Shown one piece after another: positions 25,240 to 32,139 of a stretch of 32,139 nt of DNA; positions within the stretch are counted from its first letter, which is position 1; each line of letters starts with the position of its first letter. Where the stretch lies: positions 1-32,139 of the forward strand of contig JAEZNC010000106.1 of assembly GCA_023441905.1 (NCBI GenBank), given 5' to 3'. This DNA is from Bacillota bacterium (GTDB lineage: Bacteria; Bacillota; Clostridia; Christensenellales; SZUA-584). Under the pieces are notes generated by a model, which was given only the letters and a program-made list of their open reading frames with translations, ran no database searches and was not told the origin of the DNA. A program made the position numbers and the translations under genes.

Positions 25240-25701
25240 ATGGAATTGCTGTTGAGCATCCTGACGGATGCTCTTTTTGTTTCTCTGTTGGCATGGTGCA
25301 GCTATACGGACATAAAGAAACGCATCGTTTCAAACCCTTCCGTTATTCTACTGCTATGCTTGGGGCTGGTGCATATGGCGCTTATGGTACTTGCCGGTAA
25401 TACATGGTGGACATATCCGGCTGGGCTGCTGTTGTCGGTTCCCTTCGTCATTGGATGGCTCAGAAACGGCATGGGTGCGGGCGATGTAAAGCTCATCATG
25501 GCAATCGGTTTATATCTGGGGTTGCTGAATACATTGGTATCCTTTGCCCTGATGGTTCCCGTGCTTGCCGTCCTTATGATCCGCTCTTGGACGAAAACCA
25601 AGACGCTCAAGGGCGTGGCGATACCCCTTACGCCGGTTATTGCCTTTGGCGCTACCGGCGCTGTGGCGCTCGGATACCTGTACGCTTTCATGCAGTTATA
25701 A
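25240..25701 (+). CDS. tadV: A24-family prepilin peptidase (TadV/CpaA type, no methyltransferase domain)
   Basis: 153-aa polytopic protein with the two catalytic Asp contexts: CSYTDIKKRIV and GMGAGDVKLIMAIG. Confidence 0.85.
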   Translation: MELLLSILTDALFVSLLAWCSYTDIKKRIVSNPSVILLLCLGLVHMALMVLAGNTWWTYPAGLLLSVPFVIGWLRNGMGAGDVKLIMAIGLYLGLLNTLVSFALMVPVLAVLMIRSWTKTKTLKGVAIPLTPVIAFGATGAVALGYLYAFMQL

Positions 25702-25719
25702 AAAGGAGGTGAATGCCGG

Positions 25720-25809
25720 ATGAAGATCATCATAACCGTGGTGCTGTGCCTGTTTATTGTCGGTGCGCTGATATATTTTCAAATCAAAAAGCGCAAGAAA
25801 TCGAAATGA
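25720..25809 (+). CDS. 29-aa single-TM micro-protein (not in the ORF track)
   Basis: ATG lies 8 nt after AAGGAGGTG. The product is MKIIITVVLCLFIVGALIYFQIKKRKKSK. The operon terminator follows directly. Confidence 0.5.
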   Translation: MKIIITVVLCLFIVGALIYFQIKKRKKSK

Positions 25810-25826
25810 TGATGGAGCGGTAAAAA

Positions 25827-25850
25827 GGGACGGCATATCCGTCCCTTTTG
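25827..25850 (+). terminator. Intrinsic terminator closing the Tad operon
   Basis: GGGACGG-CATAT-CCGTCCC followed by TTTTGT. Confidence 0.7.
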
Positions 25851-25878
25851 TCTGCCCGCAGATTAGGGGGAAAACAGT

Positions 25879-26481
25879 ATGAAAGAAGAAAAACGCATGG
25901 CAGGCGCATATGAAATCCTGTATGCAATCCACATTGGCGATAAGGAAATCGTATTTGGCGAAAACCCGGATATGGGCGCGCCTACCCGGTACTTTGCGGG
26001 CTGGTGTGATAAGGGCGACTTCTATGAACGATACATCGGGGATGAAACCGGCGACTATCTGAAAGCCATGCGGATATTTGTAGACGGCCTTTCGGCGCAG
26101 ATTGAAAAGGCGGAAAAGGAACGCGCTGCTGTAACCGTACCCATGGCTCCCATTACCGCCGAACAGTGTTATCCCAACGACCTGAGCCAGAACATTGAGG
26201 GTAAGGTTGTGGCGGTACGCGCCGGAGTGCTGAGAAGCGAGTGCCAGACGGCAGATCGCCAGCTTGTGCTGGTGACGGGCGGCTTTGGTTCGCACGCGAA
26301 CTCGCGCGGCAGCGCCGTATTCTGTACCAATCTCTATTATGGCAAGCATACCCGATGGGAACGGCGCGACATACAGGGCGAGGTAAAGCCGGAGCATCTT
26401 CCCGAGTGGGCAAAGGAACGCCTTGCCGCGTTACAGGCAGAAAAGCAAACGCCTGAGAAAAGCATTGATAAGGAGAGATGA
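25879..26481 (+). CDS. Conjugative-element accessory protein, function unknown (possibly DUF4314-type C-terminus)
   Basis: 200-aa ORF after AGGGGGAAAA. The segment VLVTGGFGSHANSRGSAVFCTNLYYGKHTRWERRDIQGEVKPEHLPEWAKE resembles a domain I associate with Firmicute ICEs, but the family name is from memory only. Confidence 0.5.
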   Translation: MKEEKRMAGAYEILYAIHIGDKEIVFGENPDMGAPTRYFAGWCDKGDFYERYIGDETGDYLKAMRIFVDGLSAQIEKAEKERAAVTVPMAPITAEQCYPNDLSQNIEGKVVAVRAGVLRSECQTADRQLVLVTGGFGSHANSRGSAVFCTNLYYGKHTRWERRDIQGEVKPEHLPEWAKERLAALQAEKQTPEKSIDKER

Positions 26482-26484
26482 GCC

Positions 26485-27297
26485 ATGGCAAAAGATATTA
26501 TTTTTAACGGTGCTTATGGACGTGAACTGTTTCGGATACCTGACGATACCTGCGTTGATGTGATTGCCTTTGACGGACAGAAAACCAGCTACCCATGCAA
26601 ATATGTAAGCGCCGCCGAAACGAACATCGGCGGCTGCATTTATGAATCAGACCTCTTTGCCCAGGAACAGGCGGAGAAAGGCTCGGTGTTTGCCCCAAGC
26701 GATAAGCGCCCGGAGGACATCGGGATGTACGAAATCTACCAGATACGCAGCACGCGCCATACGGATTACGCATTCCGCTCCTTTGAAGAAGCGCAAAATC
26801 AGTTTAATCCTCTGGACTATACGCGGGTGTACGCGGGGATGCTTTCTCCGGGTCAATCCTTAGAGAACCTGTTTGCGTTGCACAACGCTGACGAACGCCC
26901 CTTCGGGCGCAGGATGCGATCCATGTCTATGAGCGATGTGGTGGTCATCTTAAAGGATGGAGTTGCTGCCGCCCATTATGTGGATTCCTTCGGTTTTGCA
27001 CCTGCACCGCGATTTTTGGAGCCGGACACGCTCCCCGTTTCACAGCGGAACACCGTATCCGGCTATACCGTTACGGTCAGCGTCCCGATTGGCAACAAGG
27101 CGTTTGTGCTGGCGGAGAATCCGCGCGCCGTTCAGCCCTTCGTCACATGGCAGAGCAGCCGGGACAACAAAAGCTGCGAATGGGGCCATTATTATGACCG
27201 CCGCACGGACGCGGTGCGGGATTTATACCGGCGCGTGAATCAGGAACGGGATTTTCAGCGTGATTTCCCGCCGAAAAAGAAAGATTTGGAGAGGTGA
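26485..27297 (+). CDS. YodL-like domain protein
   Basis: 270-aa ORF. The core YEIYQIRS..DYAFRSFEEA...Y..VY.G.L......LE.LF..HN.D.RPFG..MRSMSMSDVVVI...G...AHYVDSFGF matches my recollection of the YodL-like domain, which is common in conjugative-element polyvalent proteins. Confidence 0.6.
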   Translation: MAKDIIFNGAYGRELFRIPDDTCVDVIAFDGQKTSYPCKYVSAAETNIGGCIYESDLFAQEQAEKGSVFAPSDKRPEDIGMYEIYQIRSTRHTDYAFRSFEEAQNQFNPLDYTRVYAGMLSPGQSLENLFALHNADERPFGRRMRSMSMSDVVVILKDGVAAAHYVDSFGFAPAPRFLEPDTLPVSQRNTVSGYTVTVSVPIGNKAFVLAENPRAVQPFVTWQSSRDNKSCEWGHYYDRRTDAVRDLYRRVNQERDFQRDFPPKKKDLER

Positions 27298-27302
27298 ATG
27301 AC

Positions 27303-27992
27303 ATGGAATTGAATATCCGTGCTATGACGCCCGAGGAAACCAAGTACAGCTATAGCCAGAGCCAGCAGCTTAGGATGCAGTGCGGCAGCATCGGACATCT
27401 GCGCGGGGATTTCGGTACCAAGGGCTACGAGTTTTATACAACCTGGGACGACCATAATCAACGGCTAAAAACAGAAGCCTTCAAATCAGAGCTTGATGAG
27501 GTTATCAATGCTCTACGCTCCGATGGGTGCGGACTCTTGAAAGACCGCTACGCCATGGGCGAGTTCAAACAGCGATATCCCGAAAGCGCCTTTATGGGCA
27601 ATTACACCACCGAATACGGGTTTCGGGTGGATACCCAGGAGTACGCCTACCTGCTGCGCTGCAATCCGGTTCGGGGCGATTATAATTTCTACTGTTTTTG
27701 CTATCAGGCAAAATGGCTGGACAGAAACATGGAGAAGGCCCGGCAGGGCATCCGCTTTATTGACAGCGGATACAAGGAGCTTTTCCGCGTCCCGGACGGC
27801 GGCAAGATCGTGATAACTGCCGCCTGGGGCGAAAAGATGGAACGCGCCTGCCGGTATATCGACGACACGCATGTGGAGGTAGGAAAAGAGCTGTACCACA
27901 TCTGCCAGTTTGCCGAAATCATGGAGAAAAACGGCGCGTCATATAAGCCGTTTGAGAAAAACCAGCCGAAAAATAAAGATTACGAACGATAG
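27303..27992 (+). CDS. Conjugative-element accessory protein, function unknown
   Basis: ATG 27303 lies about 7 nt after GGAGAGGTG (the track start is GTG 27294). The 229-aa product shows no catalytic motif that I recognise. Confidence 0.5.
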   Translation: MELNIRAMTPEETKYSYSQSQQLRMQCGSIGHLRGDFGTKGYEFYTTWDDHNQRLKTEAFKSELDEVINALRSDGCGLLKDRYAMGEFKQRYPESAFMGNYTTEYGFRVDTQEYAYLLRCNPVRGDYNFYCFCYQAKWLDRNMEKARQGIRFIDSGYKELFRVPDGGKIVITAAWGEKMERACRYIDDTHVEVGKELYHICQFAEIMEKNGASYKPFEKNQPKNKDYER

Positions 27993-28004
27993 GAGGTGCC
28001 GCAG

Positions 28005-31000
28005 ATGGCGCGAAAATATGAGCTGATTACCGAGCTGTATCAACAGACACTGGGGGAAATCACATCCTCGCAAGGGGCGTGGCGGGCCTTCCTGCGTAGC
28101 GCCTGCTGCAACTATAAATGCCGGTTTGACGAGCAGGTGTTGATTTACGCGCAACGCCCGGACGCCAGGGCTGTGCTGGAGCTGGATGATTGGAACAAAA
28201 AGCTCGGACGTTGGGTCAACCGTGGCGCGGCCGGTATCGCCGTATTCGATGACATTCACACGGGCTGCTCCCGGCTCAAGCACTATTTCGATATTTCCGA
28301 TACCCACGCCAGCCGCTTCTCCCGCCCGGTGCCCATATGGGAGATGCAGGAACGGTATGAGGATGAGGTCATCGAGGCGCTGGAAGCCTCCTTCGGCGCG
28401 GTACAGGACAACGGTTCTTTGGAAAGTACGCTTCTGCAAATCGTCTCCAACGTTGTGGAGGACAATGAGCAGGACTATTTCCGTGAGCTGATGTACTGCC
28501 GTGAGAACAGCTTGCTGGAGGAATTGGACGAATTTAATGTGGAGGTGTATTTCAGGCAGGCGCTGGAAGCCTCCGTGTCATATATGTTGCTGGAGCGGTG
28601 TCTGGGCGGCGCTGCCGACCAGTATGCCGCGCTTGTGGATTTTTCGCCTATACTGAACTTCAATACCCGCGAAACTGTCAATGCCCTTGGCATCGCCACC
28701 AGCGATATGGCCGAAATGGTGCTCAAGGAAATTGCCCTGACTGTCCGCAATATCCAGAAACGGGAACGCCAGCAAAATCGCACAGTTGATAAACCGCAGG
28801 AGGCCGGTTATCCTGTAAATGAACAGGAAACAAATGAGCCGGAAAGGAGTTTTGCATATGAATCTGACATACCGCAAAGAGGGCGACTACAATCTGCCCA
28901 ACCTGCTGCCCCCGCAGGAGACGGAGGTACACCTTGGGAAATACGCATTGCTGCGCCGGAAGTTCCTGAAGGAGAACCGCCGCGTGACCTACACCAACCT
29001 TCTGACATCGGGCAAGCTCAACAGCCACCTGATGGAGATCGAGCGGACGGCGCTTACGAGGCTGGAGCAGATGGTGCCGCAGATGGCGAAGGCCGAGGGC
29101 GTGACGGAGGAACTGAAAGCCACCGATCAGATGAAATGGGTGGGCCTGATGAACAACATCCGTCACTCGGCGGAGGAAGCGATACTGAGCGAACTGATCT
29201 ACAACTAAATACCGAAAGCCCCGAAGAAGCGGACAGCGACGAGCTGCCCGCTTTTTTAGATGACACGCTCATCATGGGCGTCATCGCCAACAAAGACGAT
29301 GAACTCAAATACAAAAAACAGCAGATCGCGCTGTTCTTCTCCATTCATCCCGACGAGAGCGAACGCGCGGAATATATCAAATCCGCCTATCCCGACCGCT
29401 ATACGGAAATCCTGGTGGGCGCAAAGCGCGTCGGCTTTAAGCCCCAGGAGGACGGTTTGCTCATGTGGGAGGGCGCATACCTCTCCCGCAGCAGCGAGGC
29501 CGTTTTTTCGTGGCAGACCGTTGCCGCGTGGACGGCGCAGCTCATAGAGAAAAAGGAATACCATATCAACAGGGACATTAAGGCGCTCAAAACTCAGGCA
29601 GGCCAGCAAATGTCCCTTTTTGATTTATCCCCGGTGGAGAGCGACACGCCATATGAGCAGGTATCTCTTGCGAGAGCGTTCGCTATCCCGCAGAGCGTTA
29701 TTGACGAAGCCCTGTGCCTGGGCGGGAACGAGCCGTATTGTCTGGAGCGCATATGCGCGTGGTTCTTGAAGGATTATCCACTGGAGCAAAACGCGGCGTT
29801 TCTGTGCGAGGAATATGGCACCTCCGGCAAGGGCTTTTTCTCCGGCGTCAGCCCGTATGCCCTCTGGTTCGATGGGGCCGGTATCCGTGTCGGTATGGGC
29901 CGGGCGGCGCAAAGCGCCACGACCCTTATTACCTGGGAGGCCGCCGCGAAACGAATCCGTGAGCTTTTGGACACGGGGCGCTATGTCCCTCAGAGCGTAC
30001 TGGATAACGCGCCGGAGAACGAGCGCAAGGAACTGGCCGACCATCTCTGGTATACGGTACAGGATTTTTCGCGGGAAGCCCACGACGAGAACCTTATCCC
30101 TACGATCCTTGAAATATATAATGGGCACGGCGGTTTCCCGGACAACACCGCGCAAATCCGCGAGCTGCTAAAGGACGGCGAAACGGTATCCACGCTCATC
30201 ACCGAGGTGGAAGCCTTTGCCGTGCGCTATGCTGAGAATCCCGACCTGATGCGCTTCCGGTTCCGCCGCCATGACGAAATACTCACCGGCTTACACGGCC
30301 TTTTGCGCCCGCATATCGAGTTTTCTGCCAGCCCGGATTTCTCCCTTGAACCGAAACAGTTTATTACCAACGATGAAATCGACCGACTGCTCACCGGCGG
30401 CAGCAATGTCCAGCACAGTAAGTTCCGTATCTACTCGTACTATTTGGAAGGACACACCCCTAAAGAAAGAGCCGACTTCCTGAAGCACGAATATGGTTCA
30501 GGCGGCGGCGGGCGGCTGGGCTTTGACGAATGGCACGATTCCAAGGGCATCACCTACAAGCGGGAAAACGCCCAGTTTGTTCCCTACGATACTATCCTTC
30601 TTAAATGGCCGCAGGTGGAAAAGCGCGTCAGCGAGCTGATCCGGCAGGGCAAATATATGTCGGAAAAAGAACTGGCGTATATCCCAACGTATGAAAAGCA
30701 TGAGCTGGCGCGGGAGATTCAGGGCTTTTTCTCAGGGCTTCCCCAGGAAACCCCACGCCCCTATCCGCATGGCTTTGATTTCTATGAAGCTGTGAAGCTG
30801 ATCGAGCCGCAGCTTGGCGATCCGGCGCGGGTGGAAGAAATCTATCAAATGATGCTGCCGGTATGGGAAAGCACAACCCAGGGCGACCGGTATTATGACT
30901 TTCAAGAACGGGTTTTTGAGCATATGACAGCGTACCGCAATGGTACGTTTTCTTTATTTGGCGAGAAAAAAGGGCCAGCGGCTATCCCGGCTCAAGCAGA

Positions 31001-32139
31001 GGAAACGCCCGCGCCCCCTCCGGCACCGGCAAAGGAATTACCAGCCGAAACAGAAACGCCGGACTATGATGCGCTGGCCGGGCGGCTCAATGACTTCTAT
31101 AAGGAATTTGGCCCTTATGATTACGTTGATGCCATGGAACTCGGTGAAACCGAGGGAGATGTTATCGCCCGGCTGGAAGAGCAGTTACAGCAGCCGGAGC
31201 AGCTTGCCCGAATACTGGAGGATTTGGAGCTGTCCCGGGATGCGTTAGACCCCGAGGATGAGCTTGCCATTGATCTTGAGCTTCTTATGGAGGACTTGCA
31301 GGCCCTTTCTGATGGTGAGCCGGAGGCACCCGTACAGGAAGCCTCACCCATATGGGAAAAGGTTGAAGGCGGCGAAGTCGCTCGCGTGCGGATCGACCTG
31401 ATGCCCGAACCGCTGGAATTACCCGCCGAAAAAGAAAATGTGCTGGCTCCGCCCAAGCCCAAGCGGGAGCGCGTGCTATTTTCCACACTCCACCCGGAGA
31501 TTCCCGCCGAGCAGTGGCATAATTTCCGCATCACCGACCCGCAGCTTGGCGTGGGCACCCCGAGCGAGAAGTTCGCGGCCAATGCCGCAGCGATCCGTAC
31601 TTTGAAGCAGATTGAAAATGAGAACAGGCTGGCAACGCCGGAGGAACAGGAAGTCCTTTCCCGCTATGTCGGCTGGGGCGGTCTGGCGGATTGCTTTGAT
31701 GATCGCCACGGCAAGTATCTGGAACTGAAAAGCCTCTTGGATGAGGACGAATATGCCGCCGCAAGAGCCAGCAGCCTGACGGCGTTTTACACGCCGCCCG
31801 TCGTTGTCGGAGCTATATACCGGGCGCTTTCGCAAATGGGTTTTGAGCGCGGCAACATTCTGGAACCCGCCTGCGGCGTGGGCAACTTCATAGGCATGAT
31901 CCCGGACAGCATGGCGGACAGCAAAGCCTACGGCGTGGAGATCGACAGCATATCGGGCCGTATCGCCCGGCAGCTTTACCAGAACAGCAGCATTGCCGTG
32001 GACGGCTTTGAAAAGGTGGATATGCCCGACAGCTTCTTTGATGTAGTCGTGGGCAACGTGCCCTTTGGGGATTTCAAGGTGCTGGACAGGCGGTATGACA
32101 AGCACAAATGGCTGATACACGATTACTTTTTCGGCAAGG
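28005..32139 (+). CDS. Giant polyvalent protein, 5' part only (ArdC-N-like N-terminus, disordered linker, LPD-type modules, N6-adenine DNA methyltransferase domain begins); continues beyond the window
   Basis: It is absent from the ORF track because it has no stop in the window. ATG 28005 lies 6 nt after TAGGAGGTG. I translated frame 0 by hand from 28005 to 32138 and found no stop codon. The MTase motifs I (NILEPACGVGNF) and IV (VVGNVPFG) appear near the end. An FLKHEYGSGGGG module lies at about 30480. Confidence 0.8.
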   Translation, partial: MARKYELITELYQQTLGEITSSQGAWRAFLRSACCNYKCRFDEQVLIYAQRPDARAVLELDDWNKKLGRWVNRGAAGIAVFDDIHTGCSRLKHYFDISDTHASRFSRPVPIWEMQERYEDEVIEALEASFGAVQDNGSLESTLLQIVSNVVEDNEQDYFRELMYCRENSLLEELDEFNVEVYFRQALEASVSYMLLERCLGGAADQYAALVDFSPILNFNTRETVNALGIATSDMAEMVLKEIALTVRNIQKRERQQNRTVDKPQEAGYPVNEQETNEPERSFAYESDIPQRGRLQSAQPAAPAGDGGTPWEIRIAAPEVPEGEPPRDLHQPSDIGQAQQPPDGDRADGAYEAGADGAADGEGRGRDGGTESHRSDEMGGPDEQHPSLGGGSDTERTDLQLNTESPEEADSDELPAFLDDTLIMGVIANKDDELKYKKQQIALFFSIHPDESERAEYIKSAYPDRYTEILVGAKRVGFKPQEDGLLMWEGAYLSRSSEAVFSWQTVAAWTAQLIEKKEYHINRDIKALKTQAGQQMSLFDLSPVESDTPYEQVSLARAFAIPQSVIDEALCLGGNEPYCLERICAWFLKDYPLEQNAAFLCEEYGTSGKGFFSGVSPYALWFDGAGIRVGMGRAAQSATTLITWEAAAKRIRELLDTGRYVPQSVLDNAPENERKELADHLWYTVQDFSREAHDENLIPTILEIYNGHGGFPDNTAQIRELLKDGETVSTLITEVEAFAVRYAENPDLMRFRFRRHDEILTGLHGLLRPHIEFSASPDFSLEPKQFITNDEIDRLLTGGSNVQHSKFRIYSYYLEGHTPKERADFLKHEYGSGGGGRLGFDEWHDSKGITYKRENAQFVPYDTILLKWPQVEKRVSELIRQGKYMSEKELAYIPTYEKHELAREIQGFFSGLPQETPRPYPHGFDFYEAVKLIEPQLGDPARVEEIYQMMLPVWESTTQGDRYYDFQERVFEHMTAYRNGTFSLFGEKKGPAAIPAQAEETPAPPPAPAKELPAETETPDYDALAGRLNDFYKEFGPYDYVDAMELGETEGDVIARLEEQLQQPEQLARILEDLELSRDALDPEDELAIDLELLMEDLQALSDGEPEAPVQEASPIWEKVEGGEVARVRIDLMPEPLELPAEKENVLAPPKPKRERVLFSTLHPEIPAEQWHNFRITDPQLGVGTPSEKFAANAAAIRTLKQIENENRLATPEEQEVLSRYVGWGGLADCFDDRHGKYLELKSLLDEDEYAAARASSLTAFYTPPVVVGAIYRALSQMGFERGNILEPACGVGNFIGMIPDSMADSKAYGVEIDSISGRIARQLYQNSSIAVDGFEKVDMPDSFFDVVVGNVPFGDFKVLDRRYDKHKWLIHDYFFGK
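28858..29208 (+). CDS. tnpV: TnpV-family protein, nested in the +1 frame of the giant ORF
   Basis: 116-aa ORF. ATG 28858 lies 8 nt after AAAGGAG (28843-28849). The N-terminus MNLTYRKEGDYNLPNL and the C-terminal GVTEELKA.DQM.WVG.MNNIR...E.IYN match the TnpV family as I recall it. The third-codon-position G/C bias follows this frame. Confidence 0.75.
   Translation: MNLTYRKEGDYNLPNLLPPQETEVHLGKYALLRRKFLKENRRVTYTNLLTSGKLNSHLMEIERTALTRLEQMVPQMAKAEGVTEELKATDQMKWVGLMNNIRHSAEEAILSELIYN

Larger units (their letters stand above)
13373..32139 (+). mobile_element. Left arm of an integrative/conjugative-type element adjacent to tRNA-Ser (boundaries not determined; right end outside the window)
   Basis: There is an abrupt change from housekeeping Moco genes to parAB, a Tad module, YodL, TnpV and polyvalent MTase genes. 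These are all typical Firmicute ICE/plasmid backbone genes. A tRNA gene and a tRNA fragment sit at the junction, with an AT-rich transition zone. Confidence 0.6.

Noticed and set aside
1-32139. Searched by eye for CRISPR arrays, rRNA, an integrase or serine recombinase, a relaxase, VirB4/VirD4, toxin-antitoxin pairs, reverse transcriptases and known defence-system signatures.
   Set aside because: None could be supported in this window. Their absence here says nothing about the rest of the element.

Overview
The window looks like chromosomal DNA from a moderately GC-rich, monoderm (Clostridia-like) anaerobe. This is inferred from gene content, strong GGAGG-type Shine-Dalgarno (SD) sites and the lack of outer-membrane components. 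No similarity search was possible, so every call rests on motifs read from the ORF translations and on hand-folded hairpins. (1) 1-12.5 kb is ordinary metabolism. It holds a three-subunit xanthine-dehydrogenase-family molybdo-flavoenzyme plus a guanine deaminase. A long structured spacer follows, then a molybdenum-cofactor and molybdate-uptake operon (moeA-like, moaC, modABC, moaA, MOSC, mogA/moaB) and a convergent Crp/Fnr regulator. (2) 12.5-14.2 kb is a visibly AT-rich junction. It contains an unclassified structured-RNA or attenuator candidate, a yjzC-like mini-gene, a degenerate tRNA-Ser 5' fragment with a duplicated anticodon arm, an intact tRNA-Ser(GGA), and four TGTTACCC direct repeats. 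(3) About 13.4 kb to the window end is one arm of an integrative/conjugative-type mobile element. It carries parA/parB and a complete, translationally coupled Tad/Flp-like (type IVc) pilus operon: cpaB, tadZ-like, tadA/cpaF, tadB, tadC, an Flp-type pilin, two pseudopilins, a 972-aa CARDB-repeat surface protein, an A24 prepilin peptidase and a micro-ORF. After the operon come YodL-type accessory genes and the first 4.1 kb of a giant polyvalent protein (ArdC-N-like N-terminus through to an N6-adenine methyltransferase domain) that runs off the window. The two most unusual observations are these. First, a mobile-element-borne Tad pilus with a non-canonical prepilin junction. Second, a TnpV-family gene with its own strong SD and ATG that lies entirely inside the giant ORF in the +1 frame, while the giant ORF stays open through it. 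No integrase, relaxase, T4SS, CRISPR array or rRNA is visible in this window.
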